From: Erysipelotrichaceae bacterium OH741_COT-311
Lineage (GTDB): Bacteria > Bacillota_I > Bacilli_A > Erysipelotrichales > Erysipelotrichaceae
Direction of reading: 5' to 3'
Length of the DNA: 32,000 bases
Assembly: GCA_003858585.1 (NCBI GenBank)
Contig: RQZE01000004.1
Span: forward strand, 60,001 to 92,000
Program-made: the position numbers and the translations under genes
Part shown: positions 1 to 9,209 of the stretch, in pieces
Layout: every line of letters starts with the position of its first letter
Position numbering within the stretch: the stretch's first letter is position 1
The notes under the pieces: model-generated
Told to the model about the DNA's origin: nothing
What the model saw: the letters and a program-made list of their open reading frames with translations, nothing else
Database searches by the model: none

Positions 1-138
1 ATCCAAGTCATTTTTTATTTTAAACTTGAATTTATACTTAGCTAATTCTGTTTCAATGACCTTAATATTTCGTTTAACTTCTTTATCTTTTAATATTGAC
101 TTATGATATTTATTAATAATTGTTATAATTTTATTCAT
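1..138 (-). CDS. Partial hypothetical protein (N-terminal 46 codons, runs off the window edge)
   Basis: The ATG at 138-136 overlaps the rsmE stop by 8 nt (ATGAATAA, coupling-type junction). The frame stays open to position 1 and reads MNKIITIINKYHKSILKDKEVKRNIKVIETELAKYKFKFKIKNDLD. It is Lys-rich with no family I recognise, has only a weak SD, and is too short for the ORF track. Confidence 0.35.
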   Translation of the reverse strand, partial: MNKIITIINKYHKSILKDKEVKRNIKVIETELAKYKFKFKIKNDLD

Positions 139-856
139 ACGTTTCTACCAAACTACTGATTACACTCAATGCATACAACGATGCGGTTTCAGCCCTTAAT
201 ATTCTCTTTCCTAATGTTACTACTTGATACCCCTTTGCAATAAGCTCATTCACCTCTTGCAACTCAAAACCACCCTCTGGACCAATAACTAAATTAATAT
301 CTTTATCTTTACAAACGACATCGTTTAGTGATTTGGATACTTTTAAATGGTCTTCATACGCAATAATATTTACCTTTGTAGGTTCAAAAGGAATCTCTTT
401 TACATGCATATACTCACATACTGTAGGTATAAGTATACGCTTAGATTGTTCACTAGCTTGTTGACATATCTTTTGAAAACGTTGTATCTTTTGATCTTTT
501 TTATCATTGACCTTAACAACACAACGCTTAGAAATCAATGGAACAATACTGGAAACACCTAGTTCAGTTGCTTTTTGTAAGAAATAATCCCAAGCTTCCT
601 TTTTAATCAAACCTTGATATATGGTTACTTTTATCGGTAATTCACTGTCTACTTCAACCTTCTCTTTAATATATCCATACACCTTATGTTCTTGATATTG
701 AATTCTTGCATAAAAACATTGTTGATGCCTATCAACAACGCGAACGATACTATCCATTTTCATACGCATCACTTGTTGAATGTGCTTACTATCCTCTTGG
801 TTAAATAAGTACAATTCATGAAGCTGTAATACTTTATCTGCAAAATATTGTTGCAT
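131..856 (-). CDS. rsmE: 16S rRNA (uracil1498-N3)-methyltransferase RsmE
   Basis: 241 aa. The C-terminal SPOUT motifs (GPEGGF...E, then LGKRILRAETA) are typical of the RsmE family. ATG at 856 with AGGTGA SD. Confidence 0.9.
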   Translation of the reverse strand: MQQYFADKVLQLHELYLFNQEDSKHIQQVMRMKMDSIVRVVDRHQQCFYARIQYQEHKVYGYIKEKVEVDSELPIKVTIYQGLIKKEAWDYFLQKATELGVSSIVPLISKRCVVKVNDKKDQKIQRFQKICQQASEQSKRILIPTVCEYMHVKEIPFEPTKVNIIAYEDHLKVSKSLNDVVCKDKDINLVIGPEGGFELQEVNELIAKGYQVVTLGKRILRAETASLYALSVISSLVETYE

Positions 857-871
857 GTAATCACCTATTAA

Positions 872-903
872 ATTTTAACAAAAAATAAAGGTATTTAAAA
901 GTC
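872..903 (-). promoter_or_regulatory. Candidate rsmE promoter embedded in the pyrP terminator
   Basis: Minus strand reads TGTTAAAAT (880-872), an extended -10. The -35 (TTTTAA, 17 nt upstream) is weak. Only about 15 nt lie between the predicted TSS and the rsmE ATG. No other promoter room exists downstream of the terminator. Confidence 0.35.
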
Positions 904-927
904 ATAACGACATTAAATACCTTTTTT
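880..927 (-). terminator. Intrinsic terminator downstream of pyrP
   Basis: 12-bp stem aaaggtatttaa (887-898) / ttaaataccttt (913-924) with a 14-nt loop. On the minus strand it is followed by AUUUUUUG. Confidence 0.6.
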
Positions 928-951
928 CATTAGCTTGCCAGTTACAGAGAT

Positions 952-2238
952 TTATTTTTCATCCGGTAAAATAAGATTTAATAAAATCCCTACGGTTGCC
1001 GATAATGCAGTTCCAGATAGCGTAACAAAATTACCTAATGGTAATAATGCTCCACCTAAACCAATAACCAACATCGCACTTGCGATAATTAAATTCTTTT
1101 GCTTTGCAAAATCAATGTTATTATCAACCAATACACGTAATCCATTGGATGCGATAACTCCATACAACATAATACTCATACCACCTAATACACTCTTAGG
1201 AATGGTCGAAATGACAGCCGAAATCAACGGAATACAAGATAATACGATAGCGATACATGCTGCTCCAAACGTTACATACACAGAAGCAATTTTTGTTAAA
1301 CCAATAACTCCTGTATTTTCACCATACGTTGTATTGGCAGGTCCACCTAAAAATGCAGATACAGAAGTTGCAATACCATCTCCCATCAATGTTTTATTCA
1401 AACCGGGATCTTTTAAGAAATTCTTACCACATACCTTACCTAATACAGTATGATCTCCAATATGTTCAGCAATGGTTACTAACGCAACCGGTAAAATTGC
1501 CCATGTCTCAGGACCAAAATATAATCTATATTCTTTAAAAACACCGTTTGTACTAAATGGCAGAATAAAATCCGGTAAAGCTAGATAATGTTGAGATGCA
1601 ATGACAGTCTTAACAGGATCAAAATCTACAATCTTTAATACAACTGCAAACAAATAACCTAAGGCAATTCCACACAAGAAAGGAATGATTTTAAAGAATC
1701 CTTTTGCTTTTGTTGAGATAAAGGCTGTAACCAGAAACGTAAAGATAGCAACAAGCATGTGTTTCCAATCTCCACCTTCTACAAATCCAGCATTTCCTAC
1801 TGCAATCGAAGCTAAACCTAATCCAATTACTGCAATCATTGGACCAATCACAATTGGAGGCAATAAACGATCAATCCATCCCTTACCAATTGCATTTACA
1901 ATTAATGCAACCACAAAATAAATAATACCAACTAAAATTAAACCCGTTTGGGCAGCACCATATTCTCCACCCATAGCAGCAACTGCAATATTCACTGCAA
2001 CAATATAAGCAAACGAAGAACCTAAATACACCGGAACTTTAAAGCGTGTAATCACATTATAAATAATTGTACCTATACCCGAAGCAAATAAAGCAACTGA
2101 AACTGGATAGCCCGTTAAAATCGGAACTAGAACTGTAGCACCAAACATCGCAAAGACATGTTGAAATGACAACAACAACCATTGCAATTTACTTGGCTTT
2201 TCATGAACTTGAAGTTTTAAATCGACGACTTGTGACAT
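952..2238 (-). CDS. pyrP: Uracil permease (NCS2 nucleobase:cation symporter)
   Basis: 428 aa polytopic membrane protein. The N-terminus ...LLLSFQHVFAMFGATVLVPILTG is typical of UraA/PyrP. It sits directly behind a PyrR-type attenuator. AAGGAGG SD. Confidence 0.9.
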   Translation of the reverse strand: MSQVVDLKLQVHEKPSKLQWLLLSFQHVFAMFGATVLVPILTGYPVSVALFASGIGTIIYNVITRFKVPVYLGSSFAYIVAVNIAVAAMGGEYGAAQTGLILVGIIYFVVALIVNAIGKGWIDRLLPPIVIGPMIAVIGLGLASIAVGNAGFVEGGDWKHMLVAIFTFLVTAFISTKAKGFFKIIPFLCGIALGYLFAVVLKIVDFDPVKTVIASQHYLALPDFILPFSTNGVFKEYRLYFGPETWAILPVALVTIAEHIGDHTVLGKVCGKNFLKDPGLNKTLMGDGIATSVSAFLGGPANTTYGENTGVIGLTKIASVYVTFGAACIAIVLSCIPLISAVISTIPKSVLGGMSIMLYGVIASNGLRVLVDNNIDFAKQKNLIIASAMLVIGLGGALLPLGNFVTLSGTALSATVGILLNLILPDEK

Positions 2239-2261
2239 ATTTTCCTCCTTCTTAGTCCTTG

Positions 2262-2358
2262 TAAAATATAAAAGGGGCTACACTACGCCCCATAAAAAAA
2301 CCAGTTATATTTACTACCTTAACAACCTCTCTGGATTATTTTAAAGGACCTTTACTAA
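2262..2358 (-). promoter_or_regulatory. PyrR-dependent transcription attenuator (PyrR binding loop plus terminator)
   Basis: The minus strand has AAUCCAGAGAGGUU (2337-2324), which fits the PyrR binding consensus ARUCCAGAGAGGYU exactly. It is followed by the hairpin GGGGC-N8-GCCCC (2291-2274) plus UUUU, about 30 nt before the pyrP SD. Confidence 0.8.
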
Positions 2359-2386
2359 ATTCTAACATACTTTTATAAAATTGCAA
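2359..2386 (-). promoter_or_regulatory. Sigma-A type promoter of the pyrP leader
   Basis: Minus strand: TTGCAA (2386-2381), a 16-nt spacer ending in TGT, then TAGAAT (2364-2359). Confidence 0.55.
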
Positions 2387-2433
2387 TCTCTTTTATAAAT
2401 AAATCCCTTCATCTTTTCTAAAGGATATGTTTA

Positions 2434-3720
2434 CTAATTGATTTTTTTAACTTCACTATCTACTTCTTCTTGTTCCTTATTTACAACCACTTTAATTTCT
2501 TTCACCTTACGCTTATCTGCATCTGTAACAGTTACACTTAAGTGTTTATATTCAAACTGCATACCTATTGTTGGAATATCTCCTAAAATACTAATTACCC
2601 ATCCACTGGCAGTAATAAAATCAAAATCCTCTTCCAGTTTTAAATGAAAATATTCAAACATATCATCAATATCCACTTCACAATTTACTAAGAACGTATT
2701 CTCATTAAGCTTTTTATAATACTCAATAATTTCATCATGCTCATCATAAATCTCACCAACAAGCTCTTCTAAAATATCTTCCATCGTAATGATTCCCAAA
2801 GTACCGCCATATTCATCTAAAACAATCGCAAGATGACTTTTACTATTTTGTAATTGCCTTAATAAATAACTTACTTTTACATGTGGTGAAGTATATTGCA
2901 CAGGCTTTACAAGTTGACGAATACTTGCTTTACTTTTGGTATAGTATAGATAATAAAAGTCTTTTTGATGTAAAACACCCACAATATTATCAATGGTTTT
3001 TTCATAAACAGGTAAACGTGAAAAGTTATTCTCACGAAATAGTTTTTCAATCTGTTCAATTGACATGGTAGTATCAATCGCTACAACATCTACCCTTGGA
3101 GTTAATACTTCTTTTACTTCCATTTCATTAAATTCAATGGCTGCAACAATTAAATCTGATTGATGCTCTTCTAATTCTCCATCATTTTGAGCTTCTTCTA
3201 CAATTGTTACAAGCTCATCACTTGTCATACTTTGATCCTCTTCTACTTTAAATATCATATTAATAAACTTATTCCATTGTTCAAAAATATAAATAACAGG
3301 AGAAAGTATAAACATACAAAAAGATACAATATCCACAACAGCCATTGCCCATGATTCATCATATTTTTTCGCTAGATTCTTAGGCGTAATTTCCCCAAAA
3401 ATCAATACAACTAAAGTCATTACCAAAGTAGATACTGTTAAAGCGGTATCTTGATTAAAATAATTTGTAAATAAAATAGTTGCTAAAGAAGCAGCAATGA
3501 TATTTACAACATTATTTCCAATTAATAAAGATGTAATTAACTTTGAGTAATTATCATATATTTTTAATGTTTTAATTGCTTTTTTATTCCCATTATTCGC
3601 TAATGATTTAATTTTAATACGATTTAAGCTAGAATACGCTGTTTCAGTAGCCGAAAAAAAACCAGACAATAACACCAAACCAATTAAAACAATACTAATT
3701 GTGCTTTGATTACTATTCAT
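2434..3720 (-). CDS. CNNM/CorC/TlyC-family transporter (DUF21 membrane domain, CBS pair, CorC_HlyC C-terminal domain)
   Basis: N-terminal TM helices, then GEITPKNLAK, a CBS-pair region, and the C-terminal ...GWVISILGDIPTIG... transporter-associated domain. The start was moved to the ATG at 3720 (MNSNQS...) because the ORF-track GTG at 3729 lies inside the AAGAGGTGA SD. Confidence 0.85.
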   Translation of the reverse strand: MNSNQSTISIVLIGLVLLSGFFSATETAYSSLNRIKIKSLANNGNKKAIKTLKIYDNYSKLITSLLIGNNVVNIIAASLATILFTNYFNQDTALTVSTLVMTLVVLIFGEITPKNLAKKYDESWAMAVVDIVSFCMFILSPVIYIFEQWNKFINMIFKVEEDQSMTSDELVTIVEEAQNDGELEEHQSDLIVAAIEFNEMEVKEVLTPRVDVVAIDTTMSIEQIEKLFRENNFSRLPVYEKTIDNIVGVLHQKDFYYLYYTKSKASIRQLVKPVQYTSPHVKVSYLLRQLQNSKSHLAIVLDEYGGTLGIITMEDILEELVGEIYDEHDEIIEYYKKLNENTFLVNCEVDIDDMFEYFHLKLEEDFDFITASGWVISILGDIPTIGMQFEYKHLSVTVTDADKRKVKEIKVVVNKEQEEVDSEVKKIN

Positions 3721-3831
3721 TATTATCACCTCTTAGCTTTGAATTACAGATAGATAATAATAAACTATCCTTGCAATAACAGGATATCGGCAAATCGTCC
3801 AACACAACACACTTCCTTTCAAATTTTCTTA

Positions 3832-3860
3832 ATTATACCATAAATTTAATTTATTACAAA
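3832..3860 (-). promoter_or_regulatory. Candidate promoter for the CNNM transporter gene
   Basis: Minus strand has the extended -10 TGGTATAAT (3840-3832) and a -35 TTGTAA/TTTGTA 16-17 nt upstream. This leaves a leader of about 100 nt. Confidence 0.45.
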
Positions 3861-3884
3861 AAAAATCCTATTACTAGGATTTTA
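3855..3884 (-). terminator. Intrinsic terminator of the metNIQ operon
   Basis: Minus strand: AAAATCCTA-GTAA-TAGGATTTT followed by TTTT. The stem starts inside the metQ stop codon. Confidence 0.8.
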
Positions 3885-4709
3885 TTGTGCCGGAATTACA
3901 GAACCATCACTAAATTTATTTAAAATAAACTGTTTAATTTCTTCTGACTTTAATACTTCAATTAATTTAACAAGTTTATCTTCGTTTTCACGACCCTTTT
4001 TTACTGCGACAATATTTACATATGGATTATTTTGATCTGCTTGTTCTAATACCAATGCATCCTTAACAGGATTTAAACCACCTGTAATCGCATAGTTACC
4101 ATTGATTGCAACCAATACTCCTTCATTTCCATTTAAAGCTGTTACAAGCAATTCAGGTTTAATTTCAACAAATTTTAAATTCTTTGGATTTTCAGCAATG
4201 TCATCTAATGTTGCATTAGTTGGATTAAATCCATCTTTTAAGGTAATTAAACCAGCTTCTTTTAAAATACTTAAAATACGACCATAATCAGCAACACTAT
4301 TTGAAATAACAATACGATCATTTTCTTTTACTTCATCAATTGATTTAATTGACTTTGAGTATAAACCAAATGGCTCAATATGAATACCGCCAGCATTTAC
4401 AATATCATATCCATTTGTCACAACTTCATTTTCAAAAAATGGTACATGTTGGAAAAAGTTTGCATCTACTTCATTTTCACTTAATGATTTATTAAAGATA
4501 TAATAGTCATCCAAAATTATAATATCTAACTTAATATTATATTTTTCTTGTAAAATTTTATCTGCTTCTTCTAAAATTGTTGCATGTGGCTCTAATGTAG
4601 CTGAAATTTTAATCACTTCTTGCTTGCTTTCTTCTTTTTTTGCATTTTTAGAACTACATCCTGTTAAAAATAAACCGATTGCTAATAAACTAATTAATAT
4701 TTTTTTCAT
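3882..4709 (-). CDS. metQ: Methionine ABC transporter substrate-binding lipoprotein (NlpA/MetQ family)
   Basis: 275 aa. Signal peptide with lipobox LTGC (MKKILISLLAIGLFLTGCSS). The body is NlpA-family. It is the last gene of an ATPase-permease-binding protein operon behind a T-box. Confidence 0.9.
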   Translation of the reverse strand: MKKILISLLAIGLFLTGCSSKNAKKEESKQEVIKISATLEPHATILEEADKILQEKYNIKLDIIILDDYYIFNKSLSENEVDANFFQHVPFFENEVVTNGYDIVNAGGIHIEPFGLYSKSIKSIDEVKENDRIVISNSVADYGRILSILKEAGLITLKDGFNPTNATLDDIAENPKNLKFVEIKPELLVTALNGNEGVLVAINGNYAITGGLNPVKDALVLEQADQNNPYVNIVAVKKGRENEDKLVKLIEVLKSEEIKQFILNKFSDGSVIPAQ

Positions 4710-4720
4710 ATTTTTCTCCT

Positions 4721-5371
4721 TTAACGTTTATCAATTTTCATTACAATATAATCTCCAATAAATTGTATCACAAAGACAATAATTACAATTAATATGGTCG
4801 ATATAAATAATACAACTTCATCTCTTCGCACCGAGCCATATAAATAGGCTAAGTTACCAAGACCTCCCGAACCAATGGCTCCTGCCATTGCTGTATAGCT
4901 TACCAAAGAAATAGCTGTAAGACTAACGCCACTTATTAATGCCGGTAAACTTTCAGGAATTAACACTTTATATATAATTTCAAAATTACTGGCACCCATC
5001 GCTTTACAAGCTTCAATAGTACCTTTATTCACTTCATTAAATGCAATGATACACATCCGAGCATAAAATGGTGATGCTGCAATTACTAAACTTGGAATGG
5101 CAGCCTTTGCTCCAAGTAGTGAACCGGTAAGCATTTTAGCAAGTGGTACTACAAGAATCATCAAGATAATAAATGGTATGGAACGTAAGATATTAACAAT
5201 TAAATCCACAATACGATTTATCACCTTACATTGATATAACCCTTTACTTTGCGTAATATAAAGTAAAATACCAATCATAATACCAAAGATTACCGTAAAC
5301 AACAAAGAAGCAAAGGTCATAAATAAAGTTTCTTGTAATGCTTTTACAATTTGTTCTACTTTTGCACTCAT
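4721..5371 (-). CDS. metI: Methionine ABC transporter permease
   Basis: 216 aa, five predicted TM segments, MetI-type BPD_transp_1 region. Lies between metN and metQ. Confidence 0.9.
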   Translation of the reverse strand: MSAKVEQIVKALQETLFMTFASLLFTVIFGIMIGILLYITQSKGLYQCKVINRIVDLIVNILRSIPFIILMILVVPLAKMLTGSLLGAKAAIPSLVIAASPFYARMCIIAFNEVNKGTIEACKAMGASNFEIIYKVLIPESLPALISGVSLTAISLVSYTAMAGAIGSGGLGNLAYLYGSVRRDEVVLFISTILIVIIVFVIQFIGDYIVMKIDKR

Positions 5372-5372
5372 A

Positions 5373-6392
5373 CTATAACACCTCTACAATAACCCCTTCC
5401 TGTTTTAAATGATTCACAACAACATCCAATTGATTACAAAATGCTTCCGTAATATGACAATATAAGATACCAATCGGACCCTGTTGACTACTTGTAATAT
5501 TTGCATTAATAATACTGATTTCAACACCGGTATGTTTCATCACATTTGCCAAAATTGCCTTATTGGAAATATCACCTGTAAAATTCAAACGAATGATATG
5601 ACCTGTTGGATACATCTTTTTTAAAGATGTCATTAAATCAGATACTTCACTTGTGGATGATACACTGCTTACAAATACCTTTGTGATTTCATGTTTTGGA
5701 TGTTGGAAAATATCTTGAACACTTCCCTCTTCAATCACCTTTCCTTCACTCATCACCGCAACACGATGACATATTTTTGATACAACTTCCATTTGATGAG
5801 TAATCATTACAATGGTGATACCTAATTTATGATTAATGTCATTTAATAAATCTAAAATAGCAAACGTTGTCTGAGGGTCTAAAGCACTGGTTGCCTCATC
5901 ACATAGTAAGATATCTGGATCATTCGCTAACGCTCTAGCGATACCCACACGTTGTTTTTGTCCACCACTTAATTGACTTGGATAGCTATATTCTTTACCG
6001 ATTAAACCAACCAGTTGAATCAGCTTCATGACTTTTTCTTTACGATCTTCTTTTTTCACATTCGCAATTTCTAATGCCAGTTCAATATTTTGAAATACAG
6101 TCTTAGACCACATTAAATTAAAATGTTGAAAAATCATACCAATTTTAATGCGTTTTTTAGCTAGCTGTTTTAATGATAGTTCTTTCATATTTACACCATC
6201 AATATAGACTTCACCACTAGTTTGTGTTTCTAATTGATTGATTAAACGAATTACTGTACTTTTACCGGCTCCTGAAAAACCAATAATACCAAAAATTTCA
6301 TGATCTTTTATCGTTAAACTTACATCATCAACGGCACGTATAATCTGATTTGGTGTATGATAAATCTTACTTACATTTTTTAACTCAATCAT
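5373..6392 (-). CDS. metN: Methionine ABC transporter ATP-binding protein with C-terminal NIL domain
   Basis: Walker [10 protein letters not shown], signature LSGGQKQR, Walker [12 protein letters not shown]. The roughly 90-aa C-terminal extension is typical of the MetN NIL domain. Confidence 0.92.
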   Translation of the reverse strand: MIELKNVSKIYHTPNQIIRAVDDVSLTIKDHEIFGIIGFSGAGKSTVIRLINQLETQTSGEVYIDGVNMKELSLKQLAKKRIKIGMIFQHFNLMWSKTVFQNIELALEIANVKKEDRKEKVMKLIQLVGLIGKEYSYPSQLSGGQKQRVGIARALANDPDILLCDEATSALDPQTTFAILDLLNDINHKLGITIVMITHQMEVVSKICHRVAVMSEGKVIEEGSVQDIFQHPKHEITKVFVSSVSSTSEVSDLMTSLKKMYPTGHIIRLNFTGDISNKAILANVMKHTGVEISIINANITSSQQGPIGILYCHITEAFCNQLDVVVNHLKQEGVIVEVL

Positions 6393-6407
6393 AAAACCCT
6401 CCTAAAA

Positions 6408-6665
6408 TAAAAAACTCACCCTACGCAAAGGGCGAGAGATTATTTCGCGTTACCACCTTTATTCATTCAAACTTCACAATTTGAATCTTATCAAGTACAA
6501 AAATACTATACTTTATCGCTTTAACGGGCGAATGCGTCATAGCCTAAGGTTTCCCTTCGGTATGCAACTCCAAGACCATGTTCATTATTTATCCATATAT
6601 CCCTTCTCAGCATGCAGGATTCTCTGTAATACTTTTAAATAACTACTTTTCTTTTCACTGTCTTT
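6408..6665 (-). promoter_or_regulatory. T-box riboswitch leader (probable Met specifier) controlling metNIQ
   Basis: Minus strand elements are as follows. Stem I has CAGAGA (AG bulge) and GCUGAGA (distal loop). CCGUUA is present. The T-box sequence is AAAGGUGGUAACGCG (6460-6446). The terminator is CUCGCCCU-UUGCGU-AGGGUGAG plus UUUUUU (6436-6411). An AUG followed by G (6579-6576) sits at the 3' end of a predicted internal loop. Confidence 0.85.
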
Positions 6666-6674
6666 ATGGATTCA

Positions 6675-6702
6675 ATAATATCATACTAAAATTATATGTC
6701 AA
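6675..6702 (-). promoter_or_regulatory. Sigma-A type promoter for the T-box/metNIQ transcript
   Basis: Minus strand: TTGACA (6702-6697), a 16-nt spacer ending in TGA, then TATTAT (6680-6675). Confidence 0.6.
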
Positions 6703-6712
6703 TCTTTTTTAA

Positions 6713-6737
6713 TGAAAAAAGCACAAATGTGCTTTTA
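6713..6737 (-). terminator. Intrinsic terminator after ftsZ
   Basis: Minus strand: AAAAGCAC-AUUU-GUGCUUUU followed by UU, starting at the ftsZ stop codon. Confidence 0.7.
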
Positions 6738-7829
6738 TGTTCTTCTTCTAAAGAAACCTGGAACAGATCCTTCTGTATCATCATCTTCTTCTACAACCGT
6801 AATCGTATCTTCCACCGACTTTGTTTCTACCGGTGTACGGCGTTGATTTTTGTTATAAGAAGTTGCGGTTTTTGTTTTTTGTGGTTGTAAATCAAAACCA
6901 GTAGCGATAACGGTAACAATGATAGAATCACCTACATTTTCATTAATCGCAACCCCAAAGATAATATCTACATCTCCACCAGCTGCATCACGAATGTAAT
7001 CCACCGCATCACTAGCATCATAAATAGATATACTTGCCCCGCCTGTAACATTAATAATTGCAGATTTTGCTCCTGAAATTTGGGCTTCTAACAATGGCGA
7101 TAAAATTGCTTTAGCTGCAGCTTCTTGCGCTTTGTTATCACCTTGAGCCATACCAATACCGATTAAAGCGCTACCTTGTCCTTCCATAACCGTTTTAACA
7201 TCTGCAAAATCCAAGTTGATTAATGCAGGAACTGCAATTAAGTCCGTAATCGTTTGAACCCCTTGGCGCAATACATTATCTGCTTCTTTAAATGCTTCTT
7301 GAAATGGGATACGACCAATTACTTGTAATAATTGATTATTGGAAACAATAATCAATGAATCCACATTTTCTTTTAACTGTTCAAGACCATTTGTAGCCGC
7401 TTCTAAACGTTTACGACCTTCAAAGGTAAATGGCTTAGTAACAATACCAACGGTTAACGCACCCATTTCTTTTGCAATCTTCGCAAATAATGGTGAAGCA
7501 CCTGTACCAGTTCCTCCACCTAAACCAGCAGCCAAGAAAATCATATCGGCACCAGCCATAGCTTGACGAATTTCTTCTTCCGATTCAATTGCAGCACGAC
7601 GACCCGTTTCAGGATCACCTCCTGCACCTAAACCTTTTGTAATTTCCGCACCTAAAATAATCTTATTTGTTGCACTGGATACATTTAATACTTGTAAATC
7701 CGTATTTGCAACATAAAATTCTACACCTTGAACACCTTCATCCACCATACGATTTACGGCATTACATCCAGCACCACCAATACCAAACACTTTAATTCGA
7801 GCTATTTGATTGTAATTTAAATTTGTCAT
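6735..7829 (-). CDS. ftsZ: Cell division protein FtsZ
   Basis: 364 aa. Motifs GIGGAGCNAVNRM and tubulin signature GGGTGTG, plus a C-terminal conserved peptide ...VPGFFRRRT. The SD AAGGAGG lies inside the ftsA 3' end. Confidence 0.97.
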   Translation of the reverse strand: MTNLNYNQIARIKVFGIGGAGCNAVNRMVDEGVQGVEFYVANTDLQVLNVSSATNKIILGAEITKGLGAGGDPETGRRAAIESEEEIRQAMAGADMIFLAAGLGGGTGTGASPLFAKIAKEMGALTVGIVTKPFTFEGRKRLEAATNGLEQLKENVDSLIIVSNNQLLQVIGRIPFQEAFKEADNVLRQGVQTITDLIAVPALINLDFADVKTVMEGQGSALIGIGMAQGDNKAQEAAAKAILSPLLEAQISGAKSAIINVTGGASISIYDASDAVDYIRDAAGGDVDIIFGVAINENVGDSIIVTVIATGFDLQPQKTKTATSYNKNQRRTPVETKSVEDTITVVEEDDDTEGSVPGFFRRRT

Positions 7830-9083
7830 CTAATGTTCCTCCTTTTTCTTGTTATCAAACAAGATTCCTTTTAATCGTCCAGTAAATGAATTGTCCTCTT
7901 GCTTATCTTTTTTTATTTGTATCGTCTGATTAAATTGTAATAAATCTATACTAACTGCACTATTATTTAAAATCGCAAGCTGATCCTTATAGTTATAAAA
8001 CAAACCTAGCACTGTAGATAGAGAACCATTTCGCACTCCCAATGTTTCAGGAATATAATGTTTCACATTTACATCCAGTTTTTTACGAATCAATTGTTTA
8101 AATCCTTGAAGCTCAGCACCTTCACCGGTAATAATAACACTAATCTTATCATCCTTTAAAGTAGGTTCTGCAGCTTTATAAATCTCTTCCACTAAATATT
8201 CTGCTTCCTTAGCTACCATTGTATAAATTTCTTGTTCAGATAATGTCTTTGTCTGTCCATTATTAGCCCAAATATAAGAAGGACTATCTAAATGTTTATC
8301 ACTGTTAAAACGACAATTATACTTAATCAAACGAGAACATATAGGTATTGGTAACTGTGTTTCATCAGCAAGCTTACCAATAAGATTTTGTAAACCAATA
8401 TTTAATAGCTCACTACTAATTAACTTTCCTTTTGACAATAATCCTAATGTGGTTACCTGACGTTCCATCTTTAGAATAATCAAATTATGATCTACTGTTT
8501 GTTCAAATAACGCTGCCTCTTTACTAATCGCAAACAAATCTAAACAAATATCAATAATTTCTAATCCACTTCGTTCTACTAAACTTACATAACTAAACGC
8601 TAACTCTTTATTTGCACACAACAAATCAATATCCACAGTTAATGAATTACAAAACTCATTAATTGGCATACGTCTTGTTGAAATACCATTACATGTATAT
8701 TTCACACATACCGCATTAATCAAAGCCAAATCTTCACTGATTTCTGTTTCCATAGCTTTTTTTAAGGCTTTATTAATATCACTTTTTGACACTGCACCAG
8801 GGATTGGAACTGTAATTTTTAATGGCTTACGCACCATATCCAAAGAAGGAATTGCCAATAAAACACGCTGGATTTTAGCACCAATTAATTTAGAAGCATT
8901 GTTCACTGCTTTTTTAATCGCAATTATAACGTCTTTACTATCTACAATATTAATACCTTCAATTCCGGAAGTTAAAACTCGTTCCACTTTAATAACATTG
9001 AAGCGAGTATTAAAAAATTCACCTATTACTAATCGGATTTCTCCATCCGCAATTTCTAAAGCTGCAAATATTTGTTTATCCAT
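7830..9083 (-). CDS. ftsA: Cell division protein FtsA
   Basis: Actin-like ATPase fold immediately upstream of ftsZ, with a C-terminal amphipathic tail (GRLKGILFDNKKK). The start was set to the ATG at 9083, 9 nt after the AAGAGGT SD. The ORF-track TTG at 9089 is too close to the SD. Confidence 0.9.
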   Translation of the reverse strand: MDKQIFAALEIADGEIRLVIGEFFNTRFNVIKVERVLTSGIEGINIVDSKDVIIAIKKAVNNASKLIGAKIQRVLLAIPSLDMVRKPLKITVPIPGAVSKSDINKALKKAMETEISEDLALINAVCVKYTCNGISTRRMPINEFCNSLTVDIDLLCANKELAFSYVSLVERSGLEIIDICLDLFAISKEAALFEQTVDHNLIILKMERQVTTLGLLSKGKLISSELLNIGLQNLIGKLADETQLPIPICSRLIKYNCRFNSDKHLDSPSYIWANNGQTKTLSEQEIYTMVAKEAEYLVEEIYKAAEPTLKDDKISVIITGEGAELQGFKQLIRKKLDVNVKHYIPETLGVRNGSLSTVLGLFYNYKDQLAILNNSAVSIDLLQFNQTIQIKKDKQEDNSFTGRLKGILFDNKKKEEH

Positions 9084-9180
9084 AACCAAATTACCTCTTT
9101 AAAACACTTATATAATATCATAATCAAAAATCTTTAAAAAGACTAAATAACAATTATTCAATGAAAATCATTAAAATTAC

Positions 9181-9209
9181 TTGCAATTTTAGTTTAACCA
9201 TGTTATATT
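9181..9209 (+). promoter_or_regulatory. Sigma-A type promoter of rpmB
   Basis: TTGCAA (9181-9186), a 17-nt spacer ending in TGT, then TATATT (9204-9209). Confidence 0.6.

Noticed and set aside
935-1453. 172-aa plus-strand ORF, plus smaller ORFs at 1329-1538 and 1685-1921, antisense to pyrP
   Set aside because: They lie entirely inside a well-supported permease gene on the opposite strand. There is no SD, the composition is low-complexity, and such shadow ORFs are typical opposite AT-rich, codon-biased genes.
2387-2433. Possible terminator after the CNNM transporter gene (CCUU-N11-AAGG followed by AUUUAUUUAU)
   Set aside because: The stem is only 4 bp and the U-tract is interrupted. That is too weak to call, so read-through into the pyrP promoter region cannot be excluded.
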